In this document: piece by piece, positions 1-6,426 of the stretch | How the letters are laid out: every line of letters starts with the position of its first letter | How positions within the stretch are numbered: the first letter of the stretch is position 1 | Source of the DNA: an archaeon | GTDB lineage: Archaea > B1Sed10-29 > JAJRYS01 | Direction of reading: 5' to 3' | Length of the DNA stretch: 41,521 bases | Assembly: GCA_024275665.1 (NCBI GenBank) | Contig: JAJRYS010000019.1 | Location: 1 to 41,521 of the forward strand | The notes under the pieces: generated by a model | Told to the model about the DNA's origin: nothing | Databases searched by the model: none | The model's input: only the letters and a program-made list of their open reading frames with translations | Translations under genes and position numbers: made by a program

Positions 1-78
1 CCAATAATCCTTAAACTCTTTCAAAACCTTGTCAACATCCTTCCTACACTTGAACAAATCTTCAATGCTCTTACTCAT
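1..78 (-). CDS. N-terminus of a hypothetical protein running off the window start (MSKSIEDLFKCRKDVDKVLKEFKDYW...)
   Basis: ATG at 78 on the minus strand, open to position 1; AT-rich TATA-like sequence upstream. Confidence 0.6.
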   Translation of the reverse strand, partial: MSKSIEDLFKCRKDVDKVLKEFKDYW

Positions 79-130
79 GCTTTAAAATTAGAATATTTTA
101 AGAATAAAAAACAGAAGGTAAGAAATAGGC

Positions 131-379
131 TTACTTTCCCACTATTAAAATATCTCCTACTGACTTTACTCTCTTGAACATTATGCTCTTCTTCTGAAGA
201 GTCTTGACAAGCTCTTCTCTGGAAGTAGTAATCTTTTTCAAAGGCTCTGTAGTAATTCTTACAACGTCACCTGTCTCAACATTTAATATCACGTCATAAA
301 CTTTTCCAAGATATCTTCCGTTATCATCGTAAATGTTTAACCCATACATTTTCGACAGCAAGAAAGACATTAATACCAC
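131..379 (-). CDS. PRC-barrel domain protein (CdpB-like)
   Basis: 82 aa with the pattern LSKMYGLNIYDDNGRYLGKVYDVILN..G.V and C-terminal VKSVGDILIV, typical of stand-alone archaeal PRC barrels. Confidence 0.85.
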   Translation of the reverse strand: MVLMSFLLSKMYGLNIYDDNGRYLGKVYDVILNVETGDVVRITTEPLKKITTSREELVKTLQKKSIMFKRVKSVGDILIVGK

Positions 380-446
380 CTTCTCACTCGTTGTTATTTT
401 GTAAAGAAGTTTAAGTTTTTAAACCTTGTTGTTGAAAGTAAGGAAC

Positions 447-1322
447 ATGCTTGAACAAATAGTAGAATGGCTTGAGCTTAAGGAAGGAGCACGAATCCTG
501 ACCGCTGGCAAGCAAGCTCTTTTAACAGCTGCTTTCATAGCAAGCACTGCCAAGAACAATGGAATAATAATAAAAGTCCACGCAGTAACTGGCTATGAGA
601 CAGAAGAACAAGCACTGAAAGAAGCAGCAAAACAAAAAGTGCTAAGACAAGTGAAAGAAGGGTTAGTAGCCATTTCATACGAGACAGGGAAACTTGAAAA
701 TGTTAAACCCCTGAAAAAATATGACTACGCAGTTGTAATAAGTGAAAAACCGGAAAACCTGAAAACATTGAATAACCTTGCTGAAAAAGCCTTACTCGTT
801 TTCCCCCATGACAAAGGAGGAATGATAGAAACAACTGAAGGTTTGTTCAAAAAGAAAAAGACTACTTCCTTGAAAAAATTATTGGAAAAAAGTTTTAAAA
901 TAATAGACTACGACCTTGTTGGCAAGCATTTATTTTTCAAAACAAAGCCTAAAAAATTCAAAGAAGTGAACTATCGTTTCCTATCATGCAACGAAGCAGC
1001 AGAGTTCGTGGTCAAGGAAATTCAAGAAGTAATCCGATTTGCAGCAGGAGGCTCTAAATTCGCATTAATCTCTGACAATAAGGAATTCATTTACTACGTG
1101 AACGTGGAAGACGTAATGAACCAGCCGTTCGAATACTCTTTCATATTCCCTAATGGCAAGTGCAACAAAACAGTAGGCAAAAAAAGAATAAGGTCAAAAA
1201 AGTTTACAATAATAGTGCTTCCCAATGTTAAAAGCATAATAAAAGAACTCAGTGAAAAAGAAGTAGTGATAACTACAAAGGAAAGAGTTTTGCAACTGTT
1301 CGGGGAACAATACGTATATTAA
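447..1322 (+). CDS. Hypothetical protein; N-terminal part may be a degenerate Rossmann/methyltransferase-like fold
   Basis: Long ORF with typical codon usage; ATG at 447 lies about 25 nt after TTTTTAAA; LELKEGARILTAG resembles the region before MTase motif I but has no GxGxG. Confidence 0.6.
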   Translation: MLEQIVEWLELKEGARILTAGKQALLTAAFIASTAKNNGIIIKVHAVTGYETEEQALKEAAKQKVLRQVKEGLVAISYETGKLENVKPLKKYDYAVVISEKPENLKTLNNLAEKALLVFPHDKGGMIETTEGLFKKKKTTSLKKLLEKSFKIIDYDLVGKHLFFKTKPKKFKEVNYRFLSCNEAAEFVVKEIQEVIRFAAGGSKFALISDNKEFIYYVNVEDVMNQPFEYSFIFPNGKCNKTVGKKRIRSKKFTIIVLPNVKSIIKELSEKEVVITTKERVLQLFGEQYVY

Positions 1323-1369
1323 AAAGAAAGGAGTAAAAAAAGCGTTTTTAAAGAAGGAGGAGTGAACAA

Positions 1370-1888
1370 ATGGGATTTTTCAAGAAGAAGAAAAAACCAC
1401 GGAAAGAACCAGTGGATCCCTTTGAGGATATGGCAAAAATGATTAATGAAATGATGAAAAGCTTAATGGATACTAATTTTCTTGATGAGGATTTATTTGA
1501 AAAAATCCAGCCAGGAAAACCAATGGTTTACGGTTTTTCATTAAAAGTAGGACCAGAAGGAAAAATCAAAATAGACAAATTTGGAAACGTTGAACCAACA
1601 AAACAAGAACTCAGAGTTAAAGAAGAAAGAGAACCATTAGTAGACGTGATGAATAAGGAAAAAGAAATAACAGTAATAGCAGAACTGCCAGGAGTAAGCA
1701 AGAAAGACATCAACCTATCACTTGCTGACAAAGGCAAGACTTTAATAATAGACGTTCCTAACAAGTTCTACAAAGAAGTAAGTCTTCCTGAAAAAGCCAA
1801 GATGGGAAAAGCCCATTACAAGAACGGAGTACTAGAAGTAACACTTCCAAAGACAGGAAAACGCGGGAAGAAAATTAAAGTAGAGTGA
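1370..1888 (+). CDS. hsp20: Small heat shock protein Hsp20
   Basis: PMVYGFSLKVGPEGK, EREPLVDV, AELPGVSK and YKNGVLEVTLPK alpha-crystallin motifs; GGAGG upstream. Confidence 0.95.
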   Translation: MGFFKKKKKPRKEPVDPFEDMAKMINEMMKSLMDTNFLDEDLFEKIQPGKPMVYGFSLKVGPEGKIKIDKFGNVEPTKQELRVKEEREPLVDVMNKEKEITVIAELPGVSKKDINLSLADKGKTLIIDVPNKFYKEVSLPEKAKMGKAHYKNGVLEVTLPKTGKRGKKIKVE

Positions 1889-1895
1889 TTGAAGG

Positions 1896-2279
1896 ATGCC
1901 TGAATGCGAGATATGCGGCAGGAAAGAAGACAAACTTGTGCCAGTCTCGATAGAAGGAGCAGTGCTGCTTGCGTGCAGTTCATGCGCACGTGGCAAAACT
2001 CCTGTCAAAACTTACTTCACTGAAATGAAAAAACCAGCCATTGTAAAAAAGAAAAGAGAAGAACCAGAATACGAGCTCGCGGATGACTACGCTGAAAAAA
2101 TCAAAAAAACAAGACAAGCAAAAGGATTGTCAGTGGAAGAATTTGCTAAGAAAATAAGCGAATCAGTATCAGTAGTGAGGAAGATGGAAGCAGGCAAGAT
2201 GATTCCAACCATGAAAACAGCTCAAAAAATAAGACACTTGTTTGGATTAAAGTTATACGAGAGAATAGAAGAGGAGTGA
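1896..2279 (+). CDS. mbf1: Archaeal multiprotein bridging factor 1 (Zn ribbon + HTH)
   Basis: CEICG...IEGAVLLACSSC zinc ribbon, followed by DYAEKIKKTRQAKGLS.EEFAKKISES.S...KMEAG HTH. Confidence 0.92.
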   Translation: MPECEICGRKEDKLVPVSIEGAVLLACSSCARGKTPVKTYFTEMKKPAIVKKKREEPEYELADDYAEKIKKTRQAKGLSVEEFAKKISESVSVVRKMEAGKMIPTMKTAQKIRHLFGLKLYERIEEE

Positions 2280-2286
2280 GGTTGAA

Positions 2287-3519
2287 TTGTTCTGGTTGTT
2301 AATAGTGATAATACTAGCCACTGTGCCTGCTCTCCTGTGGAAGAAATACACACGTGCAGAAGTGCACGGGCCACTTGCCCTGTGGAAGACTAAGAAAACA
2401 TTGAACTTCGTGAAAACACTATCCAAGCACGCTGTATTCACCAGCATAGCAGACCTCGGCATCATCCTATTCGCAGGAATAGTTGGTACTTACTTTTTGA
2501 TGAAGAAAAAACAAGACAAAAGAAAAGTATTTGCCCAGACGATAATCTTCTTGCTGGTAGTGCTATTCCTACACGTGGGAATGTTCGCAGGAAGCTTGTT
2601 CAACCACCCTGAACTAATACTAATAACAATCCTCGGAGGTTACTCAGTCTTCGCTTTCTACAACCTGCTTCTCGGAGCATGGATTACCATGTCGCAGTAC
2701 TTTGCAGGAGCAAACCCAAAGCCCTTAATCCAGCCAATAATCCCAGGAGTAAGCATTCCAGGAGCCCCAATGCAAGTACCATTAAGCGCTGTAATAGGAT
2801 TAGTGATAGTCATAATAGTCCACGAGTGGAATCACGCAATAGCAGCGTTGCGTGAGAAGATAAGAGTAAAGTCAGTAGGAATAATCACTCTGGGGTTGTT
2901 TCCAATAGGAGCATTCGCAGAGCCTGATGAAAAGCACTTAAAAAAGACGAAAAGAATCAAGAGGATGAGAGTATTCGCAGCAGGCTCAGCTGCCAACTTC
3001 CTCACAGCAGTGTTCTTCTTCATGTTATTAATCCCTTCACAAGTCTTGTTATGGCCTGTGATAATGCAAGACTCCTACGTGGAAGTATTAAAAATAGAGC
3101 CAGGCTCTCCTGCTGAAAAAGCAGGACTAACCAACGGCACGAGGATTTACAACATTAAAGAACTCCTCGAAACAAGCAAAGACCCAGTCTTCTTGGTTAC
3201 TGACAAAGGCAATTACACTGTTCAAAGAAACGCTTCTGGAATGATTGGGATAATTTACAGCACGCAGATGAGCCCAACTACTACACGTGCTTGGGCTTCT
3301 TACTATTTCTTGCAAGTAGTGTTTTGGACTGGTTCTCTTAACGTGTTCGTAGGCATTTTCAACCTCTTGCCACTAGCCATCCTCGATGGAGCATTACTAA
3401 CAGAGGACGTGCTGGCAGAGTTCTTCGGCAAGAAGAAAGCAGTAAGAACAGTACGCGCGCTAACCTGGATAATCATAGCACTACTACTAATAGGGTTCCT
3501 GCCTTATTTCGTGAAATGA
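2287..3519 (+). CDS. Site-2 protease (M50) with PDZ-like insert
   Basis: HEWNH zinc motif, GAFAEPDE, AAGSAAN, FNLLPLAILDG; PGSPAEKAGL PDZ signature; many TM segments. Confidence 0.93.
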   Translation: MFWLLIVIILATVPALLWKKYTRAEVHGPLALWKTKKTLNFVKTLSKHAVFTSIADLGIILFAGIVGTYFLMKKKQDKRKVFAQTIIFLLVVLFLHVGMFAGSLFNHPELILITILGGYSVFAFYNLLLGAWITMSQYFAGANPKPLIQPIIPGVSIPGAPMQVPLSAVIGLVIVIIVHEWNHAIAALREKIRVKSVGIITLGLFPIGAFAEPDEKHLKKTKRIKRMRVFAAGSAANFLTAVFFFMLLIPSQVLLWPVIMQDSYVEVLKIEPGSPAEKAGLTNGTRIYNIKELLETSKDPVFLVTDKGNYTVQRNASGMIGIIYSTQMSPTTTRAWASYYFLQVVFWTGSLNVFVGIFNLLPLAILDGALLTEDVLAEFFGKKKAVRTVRALTWIIIALLLIGFLPYFVK

Positions 3520-3691
3520 AGCAGCAATGACTACAGGTGTTAGTTAAAATGAATGTAGAAGAGCAAGTAGACTGGACCAATTAATAAACAAGAGCTGAAA
3601 AACTACTTCTCAACAAACAAAAGAAAATCCAAAAACAGTAAAAAGAAAAGAAAAAGCGAGGAGACGCTTTTCCCATTCTTTTTCTCAGACT

Positions 3692-4768
3692 TCACTTCAA
3701 GTAACTGATTCCGAGGACTGCGTCCAGGTCTTTTGCAGAAGTCTTGTCACTGATTGCTCCGCCCATTGGTCCTTTCACGTGCGAGGAGTGCACGCCTGTC
3801 ATGATGGCAATGACTTCTATTTTTCCTTCTGCTTCTGGCACTATCCTAGCTCCCCAGATCACAGTAGCTTTAGGATCTATTGCTTCTGTGAGTCTTTCCC
3901 CTATCTCATTAGCTTCTCCAAGTGTTAGGTCTGGTCCTCCTGTGATATGGATCAAGCATCCTTTTGCTCCTGTGTAGTCAACGTCAAGCAAGCTGTTCCT
4001 CAGAGTGTCTTCTACTACTTCTTCTACTCTTTGATGTCCTTTTGCTTCTCCAACACTGATTACTGACACTCCTCCCTGGGTCATTATGCTTCTAACGTCA
4101 GCATAGTCCAAGTTGATCAATGAAGGAGTAGTAATTGTTTCAGTTATTCCCTTCACTGCTCTTGAAATCACTTCGTCTGCTACGCTGAATGCTTGTTCTA
4201 TTGGAAGATTAGGCACTAATTCTACCAACCTGTTGTTGTCAATGATTATCACAGTATCTGCTACTTTCCTAAGCTTTTGAATTCCTTCATCTGCTTTGCT
4301 TAGTCTTGCTCTTTCAAGCTTGAAAGGATAAGTAACCATTGCTATTACAATTGCTCCTTGTTCCTTGGCAATGTCAGCTATTATAGGTGCTGCTCCTGTA
4401 CCAGTTCCTCCTCCCATTCCAGCAGTGAGGAACACCATGTCAGCACCGTCAAGAGCTTGTGACAAAGTAGCTCTTGATACTTCAGCTGCTTTTGCTCCTA
4501 CTTCAGGATATCCTCCTGCTCCAAGCCCTCTTGTCACACTCTGACCAATCAACAGTTTCTTCACAGAATCATGGATAAGCGTCAAGTGTTGTTTGTCAGT
4601 ATTTACTGCTATTAATTCTGCTCCACTCACTCCTAACCTTGCCATCCTGTTAAGAGTGTTGTTACCAGCTCCTCCAGCTCCTACTACTATTATCCTCGGA
4701 CCTTCAATAAGGTCAGCTGATCTTGGTTTTTGTTCAGTTGCTATAGCATTCCTAACTATAGATTCCAC
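3692..4768 (-). CDS. ftsZ: Cell division protein FtsZ (FtsZ2 type)
   Basis: [34 protein letters not shown] and INLDYAD motifs; likely GTG start at 4768 after SD GAGGTGA. Confidence 0.97.
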   Translation of the reverse strand: MESIVRNAIATEQKPRSADLIEGPRIIVVGAGGAGNNTLNRMARLGVSGAELIAVNTDKQHLTLIHDSVKKLLIGQSVTRGLGAGGYPEVGAKAAEVSRATLSQALDGADMVFLTAGMGGGTGTGAAPIIADIAKEQGAIVIAMVTYPFKLERARLSKADEGIQKLRKVADTVIIIDNNRLVELVPNLPIEQAFSVADEVISRAVKGITETITTPSLINLDYADVRSIMTQGGVSVISVGEAKGHQRVEEVVEDTLRNSLLDVDYTGAKGCLIHITGGPDLTLGEANEIGERLTEAIDPKATVIWGARIVPEAEGKIEVIAIMTGVHSSHVKGPMGGAISDKTSAKDLDAVLGISYLK

Positions 4769-4890
4769 AAGCGTCACCTCACTGTTTTTAACACCATTCT
4801 CATATAAATAATTAACTAAAACCAATCACGGAAAAAACAACACTTGAAAAAATCAGCAACAGCAACGCATGAAAAAACAAACACTTTCAA

Positions 4891-4908
4891 GAGACAAAGA
4901 GTTATAAA
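4891..4908 (+). promoter_or_regulatory. BRE/TATA promoter for the SRP RNA cluster
   Basis: Purine-rich GAGACAAAGAG, then TTATAAA at 4902-4908, 24-30 nt upstream of the SRP RNA 5' end. Confidence 0.7.
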
Positions 4909-4931
4909 CACGAATTTTCACAATTTCATAC

Positions 4932-5198
4932 GGCAGGATAGGCTGGGAGGGTAGCAGTCTCCCGTCTCCAAACCTGCTTAGGGAGAGCCGAAAACCGGGG
5001 GAGTTGTTCTTCACAGTGCTCCAGAGCACAGTGCTTGACCATGAGTTCCTGTCCAAGGGGATTCGCTGCAAGCCGAACCTGGTCAGGGCGGGAACGCAGC
5101 AGCCATAAGGCCTGCAAGCGGATGTCTCTTGGGTAGCAGGAACGAGAAAAGCACTGCAGCTGGGAACACTGGAAAACAGCAACCCCGGCCTTCCTGCC
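4932..5198 (+). ncRNA. ffs: Signal recognition particle RNA (7S), 267 nt, apparently lacking helix 6
   Basis: 5' GGCAGGA pairs with 3' TCCTGCC; Alu-like 5' hairpins; long helix 5; helix 8 GCC-GAACC-TGG-TCAGG-GCG-GGAA-CGC-AGCAG-CCA-TAA-GGC. Confidence 0.9.
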
Positions 5199-5199
5199 A

Positions 5200-5420
5200 C
5201 AGCTGCAGCCAGCTGGCACCTAAGCGCATGCAGTTTCACAACCGCATGCACTGGTTGCCTTCGGCAAACACAATCAACCGCCACTGCCGGATCGACGTCA
5301 GAAGACTGCCTCTCCAGAGGCAGGCTGGTCGCCTAACGGAGAACAACAGCCGTATCCGGCTTTTGCGAACAAAGACGTTCGCAAATTTGCAAACGCATAG
5401 TTTGCAAATGGCGGCTTTTT
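5200..5420. ncRNA. Unassigned GC-rich structured RNA or spacer between the SRP RNA and tRNA-Thr
   Basis: Many nested inverted repeats: 5205-5212/5251-5258, 5278-5283/5409-5414, 5286-5292/5354-5360, 5306-5313/5316-5323, 5362-5370/5377-5385, 5386-5394/5400-5408. Confidence 0.45.
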
Positions 5421-5436
5421 CCAAAAAACAACTCAT

Positions 5437-5659
5437 GCCTCGGTAGCTCAATCCGCGAAGAAGGAGCCTTCTTCGGGCTTCCTCCCTCACGGGAGCAATG
5501 GCAGAGCGCCTGCCTCGTACGACTGCCACAGCCAGTCGACATCTGAAGACCACGTTCAGCTGAAGCTGAAGTGGCCTGGTTTCCGCTTACAGCGGAAAAC
5601 AAGTAACAGGAGCAGTTTGAGAGAGCAGGAGGTTGAGGGTTCGACTCCCTCCCGGGGCT
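5437..5659 (+). tRNA. tRNA-Thr(CGT) with two introns (5452-5498 at position 15/16; 5520-5623 at position 37/38)
   Basis: Spliced: GCCTCGG TA GCTC AATGGCA GAGC G CCTGC CTCGTAA GCAGG AGGTT GAGGG TTCGACT CCCTC CCGGGGC T; full cloverleaf, U73 discriminator, BHB-type motifs at both junctions; CCA not encoded. Confidence 0.92.
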
Positions 5660-5700
5660 CTTGAAATACTTTTAAAAAAAGAAAAGGAGAAAAAAGATGC

Positions 5701-6327
5701 ATGTTGCTCTCAAACATTCTTTTCATAGCAGCTCTTGTTTGGATGAGTCTCTTCACTGTAAAACTATCAAAAAGCATGAACACCATTCAAAGAAAATTCT
5801 TCACTCTTTCTTCTTTATTCCTAACTGGATGGGTGTTGTTTGATTTCCTCACTGCAAATGCTTGGAGTATTCAAACAGCAAGTCTTTTTTATTCATTATC
5901 AATGCTGTGCATATCAATCATGGTGGGATTCTTCTACTTAACGTCAATGAGTTTCACAAAAACTCTCACTGGAAAAGACTACTTAATTGCATTGATTCCT
6001 TTCATTATTAACACACCAAGAACAATGTATCAGGTAATAAACAAAACAACAAGCACATACCAAATAAGTTACACTGTGATTGACTACATATGGATTATTT
6101 CATGTGCACTTATAGCATTGATAGGGGTTTACAAACTTTTCAGACTTTCTGAAAAAGTGCATAAAAGGGAATTGAAGAAAAAACTCACGATGCTTTCAGC
6201 AACTCTTTTCCTAATAATCGTCTTAAGCCCGTTGAGCACTGTTTTAATGAATTCTTTGGGAGTAATTGACATTACTTCTGTTATTGCTTCTTTCTTGTTT
6301 TCTTTGAATTACAGGTTGTTCAAGTAG
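5701..6327 (+). CDS. Multi-pass membrane protein resembling a stand-alone histidine-kinase N-terminal 7TM sensor domain
   Basis: About 7 hydrophobic segments; no kinase domain follows. Confidence 0.55.
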   Translation: MLLSNILFIAALVWMSLFTVKLSKSMNTIQRKFFTLSSLFLTGWVLFDFLTANAWSIQTASLFYSLSMLCISIMVGFFYLTSMSFTKTLTGKDYLIALIPFIINTPRTMYQVINKTTSTYQISYTVIDYIWIISCALIALIGVYKLFRLSEKVHKRELKKKLTMLSATLFLIIVLSPLSTVLMNSLGVIDITSVIASFLFSLNYRLFK

Positions 6328-6426
6328 TAAAAGCAAGAAGTGAATAACACGCATAATATTTAAAATCAGGAAAAGAGTTAAAACTAAGACTGCAGTGAAC
6401 AAGTAAATTCAAAGAGGTTTTTTGAA

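Noticed and set aside
4769..4825. N-terminal extension of FtsZ in the ORF track
   Set aside because: SD GAGGTGA points to GTG 4768 as the start
5200..5420. RNase P RNA or 5S rRNA
   Set aside because: No GAGGAAAGTCC-like or 5S signature sequence found on either strand
5543..5590. Canonical box C/D guide RNA inside the tRNA intron
   Set aside because: Only degenerate TGAAGA/CTGA elements, no terminal D box, and the CTGA copies sit within a hairpin; not supportable as a feature
4853..5786. Several overlapping ORFs of 76-143 aa on both strands
   Set aside because: They overlie the GC-rich SRP RNA, spacer and tRNA, where stop codons are scarce, and their Cys/Arg-rich composition is unlike real genes here
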